A stretch of 64,000 nt of DNA from Coleofasciculus sp. B1-GNL1-01. GTDB lineage: Bacteria > Cyanobacteriota > Cyanobacteriia > Cyanobacteriales > Coleofasciculaceae. The stretch lies in NCBI GenBank assembly GCA_040220235.1, contig JAVJTO010000064.1; one strand, given 5' to 3'. This document shows positions 52,847-63,200 of the stretch, piece by piece (positions within the stretch are counted from its first letter, which is position 1; the number at the start of each line of letters is the position of its first letter). The position numbers and the translations under genes are program-made. The notes beneath the pieces are model-generated. The model did not search any database and had not been told where the DNA came from. It saw only the letters and a list, made by a program, of their open reading frames with translations.

Positions 52847-55800
52847 TTACTTCCACTGTCGCCCAACCTCCTGAATCGCACGAGCTGTTGCGGCTAATGC
52901 TTCTTTCCCACCGAGAGCGATGATCACAGGACTTAATGCTGAGATATCTTCTAGTAGGTTTCTACGAATACGGTAAGCTAAAACGTCAAGGCTCTCTTTC
53001 CATAAGGAAAAGTCAAAATAGGAGGGTTTAAGGTTTGGTAGTAATCTACTGAGAGCCTCGGCACGGTAATATGCATCTGGTATAGTCCGTGCAGCTTCTA
53101 GCGCTTCAGGTAGAATTTCAGGGAAATGGGGTACAATTTCTGAGAGAACCTGGGCGCGGTGTCTCTCATCTGGTATAGCCCATGCAGCTTCTAGCGCTTC
53201 AGGTAGAATTTCAGGGAAATGGGGGGCAATTTCCGAGAGAGCTGATGCCCGGTGATACTCATCTATAACCCGTGCAGCTTCTAGCGCTTCGGGTAAAATT
53301 TTTGGCAAACGAGAGGCAATCTTAATCAGAGCTGATATGCGGAAATATTCATCTGGTATAACCCGTGCTGCTTCTAGCGCTTTGGGCAGTAGATTTTCAG
53401 GTAAATGAGGGGCAATCCTACAAAGATCTAATCCGGGGAAAAACCCACCTGATATAGCCAGTGCTGCTTCTAAGGCTTTGGCAAGTAGACTTTCAGGTAA
53501 ATGAGGGGCAATCCTAGAAAGAGCTAATGCACGGTTAGGCTGATCTGGTATAGCCAGTGTTGCTTCTAGCGCTTCGGGAAATAGACTTTCAGGTAAATGG
53601 AGGGCAATCCCAGAAAGAGCTAATGCGCGGTTAGGCTCATCTTGTATTGCGCGTGACGCTTCTAGCGCTTCGGCAAGTAGATTTTTTGGTAAATGAGGGG
53701 TAATCCTAGAAAGAGCTAATGCACGGTTAGGCTGATCTGGTATAGCCAGTGCTGCTTCTAGCGCTTCGGGAAATAGACTTTCAGGTAAATGGAGGGCAAT
53801 CCTAGAAAGAGCTAATGCGCGGTTAAGCTCATCTTGTATTGCGCGTGACGCTTTTAGAGCTTTGGCAAGTAGATTTTTTGGTAAATGAGGGGCAATCTGA
53901 CTCAGAGCTGATACTCGGTTATGCTCATATGGTATAGCTAGTGCTGCTTCTAGAGCTTTGGGTAGACTTTCAGGTAAATGGGGGGCAATCCTAGAAAGAG
54001 CCGATACGCGGTGTCCCTCACCTTGTATTGCCAATGCCGCTTTTAGAGCTTTGGCAAGTAGACTTTTTGGTAAATGGGGGGCAATCTGACTCAGAGCTGA
54101 TACGCGGAAATACTCATCTTGTATTGCTATTGATGCTTCTAGGGCTTTGGCAAGTAGATTTTCTGGTAAACGAGGGGGTATCTGACTCAGAGCTAATGGC
54201 CGATTCCTCTCATCTTGTATAGCCAGTGCTGCTTCTAGGGCTTTGGAAAATAGACTTTCAGGTAAATGGGGGGCAATCTGACTCAGAGCTAATGCGCGGT
54301 TCTGCTCATCTTGTATTGCTAGTGCTGCTTCTAGGGCTTTGGGTAGACTTTCAGGTAAATGAGGGGCAATCTGACTCAGAGCTAATGCTCGGTTCTGCTC
54401 ATCTTGTATAGCCAGTGCTGCTTCTAGAGATTCGGGTAAAATTTTGGGAAAATAAGGGGCAATCCGACTCAGAATGCCAAACCGGTTTCTCTCATCTTGC
54501 ATCGCGTGTGAGGCTTCTAGGACTTTGGCAAGTAGATTTTTGGGTAAATGAGGGATCATCTGACTCAGAGCAAATGCCCGGTTCTGCTCATTGTTTATTG
54601 CTAGTGATACTTCTAGAGCTTTATCAAGTAGATTTTCAGGTAAATAGGGGGTAATCCTACTTAGAACAAATGCCTGGTTCTGCTCATTTTGTATTGCCAG
54701 TAATGCTGCTAGCACTTTGAGACGTAGATTTTCTGGTAAATGGAGAAAAATATCACTCAGAGCTAATACGCGGAAATTCTCATCTGCTATAGCCAGCGCT
54801 GCTTCTAGCGCTTGAGGTAGTAAAGTCTCAGGTAAATGGGGTGCAATTTTCCCCAGAGCTTCTGCTCGACTACTTGGCTCTTGTTTCTGTTGAGCATAAG
54901 CTAAACCCTGTTCTGGCGTCCATATCTGCTTCTCCACCAGCGCCGCCATTAATTCAGCCGGAATATTCTCTGCCAAAGAATTAAGAGATGCAACAATCAA
55001 GGCATAGCGGCACTGGAGTCCAATGGATTCTGATGGTTTCTCCTCATACATCTGTTCTGCTAATCGCCAAGCTCGTGCCACATCGGTGACAAAGTTTCCC
55101 AGTTTCCCCAGTCTGTCGCACGCCTCATACCACGCATTACGTCCTTGAGGTGTTGAAGCTTGTAAAAGTTGATGTAATTCTTGGGATTGACCTGCTTGCT
55201 CTAAATGCCAACTCAAATAGTTATGAATATAACCATCATTCGATAATGTGTACCATTGTCCATTTTCAGTCTTAGCACGGTAACGCTCCAGAAACGCTGC
55301 ATGAGCCTCTTTTAACCTTAATCCCAGTCCTGGTAATTCCTCCGATTGAGTCGGGTTAACACTATCGGTTAACAACTCCTTAGCTCGGTCATGCATTAAA
55401 TCATGGATGCGATAAGTCGGCTTCTCTCCCGGCTGCACCGCTCCAGATAACAGCAGTGCTTTAGAACGCAGCGTTCGCAGAATCGCCCCAGCTTGTCGCG
55501 GTTTCACTTGCCAGAGAATGGCGGCTGTTTGTTGTCCAATGGCAGCATCTTCAGGTAAAACACCTAACCAAGCAAACTGCTGTAACTGTTCCGGAGATAA
55601 CTGCCGTAAACTCAAGTTAAATGATGCGTTTAAGCTCAGACGCTTACGAGTTTCTTCACAACTGGCACTCCCAGCAGCACTATCATCTAATGTCTCTAGT
55701 CGTGCAACTTCAGCCTGGAAGTCCTCTAATAATTCCCACCACTCCACACCCTCAGCGATTTGAGCCGCCGCTAGTTCTATAGCTAATGGCAGATACCCTA

Positions 55801-56584
55801 ACGCCTGTGCCAAGTCTAGAGCTTGTTTCTGCTCCTCCGAGGACATCAGCATTAGAGGTCTACATTTATTCAACAACTCCAGCGCCTCGGCTGGACTCAT
55901 CATGTCCAAGTCATAGCGAATGGCTCCCCGCACGGGAGCTTCACGGGTGGTGACTAAAACCCGACAGTTTGACCCTCCCACCTGGAACGGTTCGATATCT
56001 TCCGATTTCCAAGCATCATCGACAACCAATAAACTACGTTTGTCATAAAGTAGGGTTCTCAGATGCGTCGAAGCGGCTTGGGGAGTGGTGGGTTTATAGT
56101 CAAAGTCTCCTAATGCGTGAATCCAAGTCGCCAGAAATGAGAGGATATCCGGTTGTTGACCCAGTGTTACCCAGAGTATCCCATCGGAAAAGCGTTGATG
56201 AATATCGGCGTCATGAGCCAGTGCTGTGGCTAACACGGATTTGCCAATACCACCCAGTCCATAGATAGCACTCACCACTAACGTTCCCGGTGTGGTTTCT
56301 CCCGTTTCTAGGAGTAATTTTTTCAGTTCCCGACGCGGTTGGGAGCGCTCGACAAAGTTGGGGGGTAATGGGGGAGCCTGAAAGGGTTTGCCTACCCATT
56401 TAGGTTTAGTGCCAAAATTAACAGTCCCATAATTCTGGAAGCTGTTTTGATTTCCATGAACCTCACCAACCGCCGTACCAATTGTGTTTTGATCACCGGA
56501 ACTACCGATATGACCTTGATTATCAACACTGCCAACATCGTCACCAAAGGTGTATTGTTTTATCTGGCTTTCATGCTCACTCAT
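52847..56584 (-). CDS. NB-ARC (STAND) NLR-like protein with short N-terminal low-complexity motif and ~19-20 helical repeats
   Basis: FVER, GLGGIGKS Walker A, LLVVDDAW Walker B, LVTTR, LGYLPLAI, IHDLM; C-terminal 31-32-aa repeats. Confidence 0.92.
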   Translation of the reverse strand: MSEHESQIKQYTFGDDVGSVDNQGHIGSSGDQNTIGTAVGEVHGNQNSFQNYGTVNFGTKPKWVGKPFQAPPLPPNFVERSQPRRELKKLLLETGETTPGTLVVSAIYGLGGIGKSVLATALAHDADIHQRFSDGILWVTLGQQPDILSFLATWIHALGDFDYKPTTPQAASTHLRTLLYDKRSLLVVDDAWKSEDIEPFQVGGSNCRVLVTTREAPVRGAIRYDLDMMSPAEALELLNKCRPLMLMSSEEQKQALDLAQALGYLPLAIELAAAQIAEGVEWWELLEDFQAEVARLETLDDSAAGSASCEETRKRLSLNASFNLSLRQLSPEQLQQFAWLGVLPEDAAIGQQTAAILWQVKPRQAGAILRTLRSKALLLSGAVQPGEKPTYRIHDLMHDRAKELLTDSVNPTQSEELPGLGLRLKEAHAAFLERYRAKTENGQWYTLSNDGYIHNYLSWHLEQAGQSQELHQLLQASTPQGRNAWYEACDRLGKLGNFVTDVARAWRLAEQMYEEKPSESIGLQCRYALIVASLNSLAENIPAELMAALVEKQIWTPEQGLAYAQQKQEPSSRAEALGKIAPHLPETLLPQALEAALAIADENFRVLALSDIFLHLPENLRLKVLAALLAIQNEQNQAFVLSRITPYLPENLLDKALEVSLAINNEQNRAFALSQMIPHLPKNLLAKVLEASHAMQDERNRFGILSRIAPYFPKILPESLEAALAIQDEQNRALALSQIAPHLPESLPKALEAALAIQDEQNRALALSQIAPHLPESLFSKALEAALAIQDERNRPLALSQIPPRLPENLLAKALEASIAIQDEYFRVSALSQIAPHLPKSLLAKALKAALAIQGEGHRVSALSRIAPHLPESLPKALEAALAIPYEHNRVSALSQIAPHLPKNLLAKALKASRAIQDELNRALALSRIALHLPESLFPEALEAALAIPDQPNRALALSRITPHLPKNLLAEALEASRAIQDEPNRALALSGIALHLPESLFPEALEATLAIPDQPNRALALSRIAPHLPESLLAKALEAALAISGGFFPGLDLCRIAPHLPENLLPKALEAARVIPDEYFRISALIKIASRLPKILPEALEAARVIDEYHRASALSEIAPHFPEILPEALEAAWAIPDERHRAQVLSEIVPHFPEILPEALEAARTIPDAYYRAEALSRLLPNLKPSYFDFSLWKESLDVLAYRIRRNLLEDISALSPVIIALGGKEALAATARAIQEVGRQWK
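53030..54860 (-). repeat. Intragenic 93-96-nt tandem repeats encoding ALEAALAIxDExxRxxALSxIAPHLPExL
   Basis: Visible at both DNA and protein level. Confidence 0.9.
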
Positions 56585-56825
56585 TACGCCCAGAAACCCT
56601 ACTCACTTTTCACAAGACATCTCGAAACCCTGTCCGATAAGCGTTGCTAAAGGTCAAAACTATTGCATTGGGTCAGGGCGGGTTTAGTCACATCTGGGTT
56701 AACCCAGAAAGGATAGTTGTCAAACCCGCCCCTACACTCTATCACTCAAAACAATATGCCGTGAAACGTCAGAGAAACTGTAGGGGCGCACTGACCTGCG
56801 CCCAATTCACTGACCTGCGCCTGAT

Positions 56826-57299
56826 TCAATCGTCAACGCTATATCCTTTTTTAGCCGTTTCAGCAGAGGAATCCGCTTCAGCTTCAACCCACCCCCTAAC
56901 CATTTCAATAGGAATACCAATAGGAGCAAACAACACTTTTAGCGCTTCAATACCACCTTCTTTCAGGGCATTACGGAGTCGGGTTCTGAATGTCGGATTG
57001 TGCTTAATTTCTTGTTGCAGCGTTACCACTAAAGCACTTTGTCTTTCAGTTTCAGTAGCATTCGGATAGGTTTGCTTAAGCTGTTCCAGTAGCTGCTGAA
57101 TTTCGGCGGCGGCTTGGGCTAGTGTTTGCTTTTGCTCTGGTGCATAGTTGTTAAAGTGCTGAAGATTTTTATAATCGCCTTTAACCTCACCCGCCCCACT
57201 GTTAATCGTGTTGGACTTACCAGAGCTGATGATATGACCATGACTTTCAACACTACCAACATCGCCATGAAAGTTGTATTGTTTCTTAGAGTCTACCAT
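56826..57299 (-). CDS. Small protein: N-terminal motif shared with the adjacent NLR plus C-terminal helical domain
   Basis: KQYNFHGDVGSVESHGHIISSGKSNTINSGAGEVKG then QKQTLAQAAAEIQQLLEQL...ALKEGGIEALK...VRGW; GAGG upstream of ATG. Confidence 0.85.
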   Translation of the reverse strand: MVDSKKQYNFHGDVGSVESHGHIISSGKSNTINSGAGEVKGDYKNLQHFNNYAPEQKQTLAQAAAEIQQLLEQLKQTYPNATETERQSALVVTLQQEIKHNPTFRTRLRNALKEGGIEALKVLFAPIGIPIEMVRGWVEAEADSSAETAKKGYSVDD

Positions 57300-58126
57300 T
57301 CGTGTTGAAACCTCACCGAGTTGTTATTGAGCTTGATTTAAGCCAAAGAATCATCGATTAACTGCTTTATCTTTATCCTCTAGTCTAGCTTTAAGCTGTA
57401 GGTGAAGTGTCAAGTATTCCCTCAAAACCAGGTATGGAGTGAGGACAACAACTCTCCACTACGGCATTTCACCTGGCTGCGGGTTCTTCTAGGGCTAAGG
57501 TTCCCTACTACAAGCTGATCGCACTTCTTTTGATAACCACGATTCACGACATACCGCTTTGCTCTTTCTGTATCCTTCGCTACTGATATTATCTTTAGTT
57601 TAGTCAAATGTCGTTTCGGCTAAATTTGTCAAGCTGTGATAATTTAAACTATTCTTTTACCCAGAACGGTTTAATTTTTTCAATCATGCCTTCATCTCAA
57701 CAAAACGTCATAATTGCTCATTTTTGACTCCTTTTCCGGAATTATCTACGAATTTCCAAGGGTTACAGCAATTGTGAGATGAGTGTGCGATTTTCAGGTA
57801 TATTATCTATGGTGGTTTTATTGTAAGCAAAACTAATCCCGACACAGATAAACTCCTTTTGACACAGAGAAGTAAATAATCTCCCCAACAATTCTTACAT
57901 CTTTTTATCCTTTGCCAGCGAGAACTAACGCCTCTGTGTAATCAGTGCTACCAGCCTCCCACCCCCCACCTCTAGCGTTCCTACCAATCAGAGAAATCAG
58001 TGTTACCATCTTGATTCAGCCAGGGAGTGTCATATCCAAACAGGCGATCGCAGATTAAACTAAGAGGCGGTGCTTGATTGCTAATCTGTCGTTATCGTCC
58101 TCTCCCAACCCGCTCAGGAGCAAGTA

Positions 58127-59350
58127 TTGATGATTCGCCTGCCTAACAACCACCCAATTTTCAAGGGTTCCAGACTATGGTCAATGGTTGTGGTTTCAGC
58201 ATCCCTCGCATTGCCCTGGATGTTAGCTCAATCCTTTTATTCCGGTTCTCAACCGATCGCATCCTCTCCCCAGCCGTCTTCGGAGCCATCACCTGAATCG
58301 CAAGTCCCGCCGCCGCCAAATCCGTCCCCGGCTGAAGCCCAATGGCGTCATCGTCTGATTGCCCAAAGTCTCTCCTGGCAACGTCCCTCAACTCCTGTTC
58401 CCAAGGCAACTCCATCTCAATCCTCTACGGCTCAAGATACCGCCAAAACTCAAACCTCGGCGGCTCAATCACCGACAGCCAACCGAACCACTCAAACCTC
58501 GGTTCCCAAACCCCCCACCCCCCTACCGCCCAAACCTAACGCCCAGACTCAAGCCCAAAGCCCACCCCCGCAATCCCCTCCCGCCGCTTCGGAAAACTCT
58601 GCCAAATCTGAAACTCCTCCCGCCAATGCAGCCAGTTTAGAGATGCGAGTTGCGATCGCGACTGGGGTAAGTTCCCTCGACGTTGGCACATCTACCACTG
58701 GATTGGTGGTGGATGGGAATGGCAAGACATTAGGAAAACTTGAGGCGAACGAAGGCGTTAATGCTCAACCCAATGGTTCTTATCTTCGCATCGGTGAATG
58801 GAAAATCCCAGGGGGCGTTTGGCTTAAACCCACAGGTGGCGGATTTGTTTTTGTCAATGGTCGCTGGTATCGAGGGGATTTACTTTTAATATCCCAAGGG
58901 GATAGTCTACTTGCCGTTAACTATATTGAGCTTGAGACGTATCTAGCCAGTGTCGTCGGTGCAGAAATTTATCCCAATTGGCCCCCCGCCGCCCTGAAAG
59001 CCCAAGCGATCGCAGCTCGTTCCTATGCGATCGTGCATTATATTCGACCCGCTAATCAGTTATACGATTTAGGTAATACTCAGCGTTGGCAAGTGTATAA
59101 AGGAATTGAGTCGGAGTGGAATACCACAACTCAAGCGGTTCAACAAACCCAGGGCATGTTTCTCAGTTATAAAGGGGGCGTCGTGGAATCATTATACGCC
59201 GCTTCAGATGATATTGTGAGTAATGTTTTTGGCGGTCAAGGAATGAGCCAAAGGGGAGCTTATGAGTTGGCGATGCAAGGGTATGATTACAAACAAATTT
59301 TAGCTCATTATTATCCGGGTGCGGGGTTGTCGTGGCTTGAGGATCAGTGA
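58127..59350 (+). CDS. SpoIID/LytB domain protein
   Basis: YRG.L, VN...LETYLASVV..E, ALKAQAIAARSYA, QVYKG, GMSQ.GA, ILAHYYPG; Pro/Ser-rich linker. Confidence 0.9.
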   Translation: MMIRLPNNHPIFKGSRLWSMVVVSASLALPWMLAQSFYSGSQPIASSPQPSSEPSPESQVPPPPNPSPAEAQWRHRLIAQSLSWQRPSTPVPKATPSQSSTAQDTAKTQTSAAQSPTANRTTQTSVPKPPTPLPPKPNAQTQAQSPPPQSPPAASENSAKSETPPANAASLEMRVAIATGVSSLDVGTSTTGLVVDGNGKTLGKLEANEGVNAQPNGSYLRIGEWKIPGGVWLKPTGGGFVFVNGRWYRGDLLLISQGDSLLAVNYIELETYLASVVGAEIYPNWPPAALKAQAIAARSYAIVHYIRPANQLYDLGNTQRWQVYKGIESEWNTTTQAVQQTQGMFLSYKGGVVESLYAASDDIVSNVFGGQGMSQRGAYELAMQGYDYKQILAHYYPGAGLSWLEDQ

Positions 59351-59450
59351 TGTCATTTGTTATTCGTCAGGGTTTGACAGGTAACGCTTTAAACGCTGGG
59401 GGGATTTTCAGGCTTAAGTGTATGATAATAATTTCGAGCAGGCGATCGCG

Positions 59451-60062
59451 ATGACATTAGCCACCAAGCGACTAACCTTTGAAGAATACCTGACTTATTC
59501 AGATGGGACGAACACCCGTTATGAGTTGGTGAACGGCGAATTAGTAGCAATGAGCATTGGTACTGGGCAACATGGAGAAATCATTGACTTTCTCTATCGG
59601 CAAATTGATGCAGCCATTAGGCGTACCGGACAAGACTGGATTGTTAGACCCGTAGCAATTGGTGTGCGATCGCCTCGTGCTGGCAAATGGGATACGTCTC
59701 GCATTCCTGATCTAACCGTTATTCCTAGCCAGCAGTGGCGCGAGTTAAGAAACCGCGAGGCGGTGATTGAACTTCACGAACCCCCTCCCATTTTAGTTGT
59801 AGAAGTGGTTAGCGAATCGACCAAGACTACTGATTATCGTGCCAAGCGGGTCGAGTATAATGTTTTAAATATCCCCGAATATTGGGTGATTGACCCATTG
59901 GAATCAAAAGTAACAATTTTTACCCTGATTGAGGAACTGTACGAAGGAGCCGAGTTTGCGGGTACTCAGCAGATTGTTTCCAGTACATTTCCAGAGTTGA
60001 GGCTGACAGCCGAACAGATTATTCAGGCTGGGTTAATTCCTCGTGACGAAGCAAACGAATAA
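59451..60062 (+). CDS. Uma2 family (DUF820) endonuclease
   Basis: LTFEEYL, RYELVNGEL, RIPDL, VVEVVS, DY..K..EY...IPEYWVIDP. Confidence 0.93.
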   Translation: MTLATKRLTFEEYLTYSDGTNTRYELVNGELVAMSIGTGQHGEIIDFLYRQIDAAIRRTGQDWIVRPVAIGVRSPRAGKWDTSRIPDLTVIPSQQWRELRNREAVIELHEPPPILVVEVVSESTKTTDYRAKRVEYNVLNIPEYWVIDPLESKVTIFTLIEELYEGAEFAGTQQIVSSTFPELRLTAEQIIQAGLIPRDEANE

Positions 60063-60224
60063 GAGACGATTGCATTTGGGTTATGCTAACGGTATCTTCA
60101 ACCTAGTTACGCCATGTTTTCGGGAAACTAGGTTACAATTTACCCAAATAGCAGCAAAACCGAAAAAGCTCTCAGTTAACATAATAGACCACATCACAGT
60201 TTGCCAAAATAGTCCGATCAGTAA

Positions 60225-63200
60225 ATGAACTATCCCTTTGAGAATCTTGATCCAGAAAAAATTCAGGAATTCTGCCAATCACTACTCATAAAAGAATTTC
60301 CTGATGTGCAATGTTTTCCTGTTGCACAACCAGATGGTGGTCGAGATGCATTGGCTTATTTGGGAGGGGATCGTTATCCGAATGATTTTATAATGTTTCA
60401 GGTCAAGTTTAACAGACGACCACAGGCAGAAAAAGATCCTCACAAATGGCTTGTGAAGATTCTCGAAGGAGAAGCACCAAAACTTAAGAAGCAAATTGCC
60501 AAGGGAGCAAAACGCTTTGTCTTGATGACAAATGTTGCAGGAACAGCACACCCTGATTCGGGTTCTCTCGATAAAGTTAATAACCTCCTCAATAATGAAT
60601 TTGGGGTTCCGTCATTCTGTTGGTGGCGTGACGATCTGAGCCGCCGACTAGATGATGCTTGGAATCTGAAGTGGGCATATCCTGAGCTGATGACAGGTGC
60701 AGACCTGATCAGATCTGTGATTGAATCTAGCTTGTCAGAAAACAAAGAGCGCAGAACCTCTGCAATTCGCGCTTTTGTAAAAGATCAGTTTTTGACTGAC
60801 CAAGTGGTCAGGTTCAAACAAGTAGATTTGCAAAACAGACTTCTTGATTTATTTATAGACGTTCCAATTACTCCTCCTCACAGTGCTACTACGAGAGAAC
60901 AACGATACCGTTACCACCATATTCATCAGTACGTCACTTACATTACACGAAGTCAGCAAGGCACGGGTATTGTTGATAGAGAGGATATAAATTCACTGCC
61001 TGATATAAATCGCAGATTTTATCTAGGCAGAGAGGAAAAAGACACCCTAGGAGCAGCAACCCTATTGCTTCATCCAATTATGCAGGAAAAAGTTCCCTGG
61101 ATAGTTCTTGAAGGCGCACCGGGACAAGGAAAATCTACAATAACTCAATACCTATGCCAAGTGCATCGTATGCGAGTACTTGGTGACGATGAAGTATTAC
61201 GTACTTTGCCAGAGGATCACAAAGATGAGGTGTTAGAAACTCTGCCAGAATCTCATAGATCATCTCCTGTTCGGCTACCATTCAAAGTTGATTTGAGAGA
61301 TCTCGCAGCTTGGCTTGCCGGAAAAAATCCCTTCTCATTGGAAAATGGCAATGAACCTCCACCTGATTGGCGCAAATCTTTAGAGACATTCCTTGCTGCT
61401 CAGGTTCGCCACTGTTCAGGGGGTTCTGAGTTTAGCGTTGACGATTTACGCGCCGTAGCAAGACTGAGTCCGCTATTGCTTGTTTTCGATGGACTTGATG
61501 AGGTTGCTGATATTGGTCGAAGACAGGAGGTAGTTAAGGAAATAGTTAGCGGTGTTAACCGTCTGGAGGCTGTATCCCTCCAAGTGGTGGTGACAAGTCG
61601 TCCGGCTGCTTTTGCGAATTCTCCTGGTCTTCCAGAAGATAAATTTCCATACTATCAGCTAGATGCAGTGACTCCTCCCCTAATTACCGAGTACGCTGAA
61701 AAGTGGCTGAAAGCCCGAAAGCTGCAAGATCGTGAGAGTGCAGACGTCAAGAAAATTTTACGAGAGAAGCTGGATCAACCTCATTTACGAGATCTAGCAA
61801 GAAACCCTATGCAGTTAACGATTCTGCTTAGCCTCATTCATACTCGTGGTTCATCATTACCTGATAAACGGACTGCACTATACGACAGTTATGTAGAGCT
61901 TTTTTTCAATCGCGAGTCAGAAAAGAGTGCAGTAGTTCGCGAACATCGTGACTTGCTTATTGATATTCATAGATATTTGGCATGGATACTTCATGCCGAG
62001 GCAGAACAGGAAGGTGGTAGTGGCAGCATCACAGAGGATAAACTCCACAAACTTCTTTCAGAATATCTGGCTACTGAAGGTTACGAGCCATCTTTGTCCA
62101 AGAAGTTATTTACTGGCATGGTTGAGCGCGTAGTGGCGCTTGTATCTCGCGTCGAAGGTACGTATGAATTTGAAGTTCAACCACTCCGAGAATATTTTGC
62201 AGCACGATACCTTTATGAAACTGCTCCCTATTCTCCCTCTGGAGGTGAACAAAGCGGAACAAAGCCTGACCGTTTTGATGCCATAGCACGTAATTTTTAC
62301 TGGCTCAACGTTACAAGATTTTATGCTGGTTGTTATAGCAAAGGCGAACTTCCTTCACTTATTGATCGTCTACAAGAACTTACTGAGGTAGAGGGTTACC
62401 GTCTAATCAGTCATCCCAGAATATTAGCAGCAACACTACTCTCTGATTGGGTATTTACACAGCATCCCAAGTCAGTACAAGCCGTTGTGGAACTTATTCT
62501 AGATGGTATGGGACTGCGATATATTCTCCCCTCAAACAGCCGCCGCATCGGTCAAGGAAATCCAGTCATACTCCCGAAAAACTGTGGTAAAGATGAACTG
62601 ATCAAACACTGCTTTGCCATTTTAGGAGATACTCCCACTAAAGATTATGCTTTAGACATAATTGATTTGGTAAAAGCCAATGCTTCTTCAGAGGAAATAG
62701 CTAAGTTATGGTTTGGAGGTGTGGTTACACAGAAGGGGAGTAAGCGCACTCAATGGCTTGAATATGGTCTGTATTTGGGTGTGTTAGCAAAACTTACATT
62801 GGCTGATCTACGTACTGCTCTTGCTGACGATCCGAATGATCCGGAGCGTCTTAATCTTCTATTCAGGGCAAGGCGAATTGACTACTGTGAGGCGAAAGAA
62901 GATCGATTTAATGCTGCGATACAGGCTATTTTAAACAGAGACTTTATGGTTGAACGTCGTCGGCGTGTACAGTTCTGTCTTGATTTATTGAGTCACGCAT
63001 TAGACACAGCTCGCTATGCAGTAGCCTTCAGTCTCCCGCGACCAGTACCGCTATTTGAATGTTGGGAGAGGAATTTCTGGTTGAATGGTGGAAGTCTTTC
63101 TATTCGCGATCTAGATAGAACAAATATTAAAAATCCCCCAGTCTTCCCGGAAGTAACTAAATGTTATGACATTGCAGACACTGCACAGATGGAATCACAG

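Noticed and set aside
53030..54860. Periodic repeats as a CRISPR or DGR array
   Set aside because: They are in-frame coding repeats of the NLR; no reverse transcriptase or template repeat is seen
57300..58126. Long divergent intergenic region with a 61-aa ORF
   Set aside because: No recognisable motif, RNA structure or repeat that I can support
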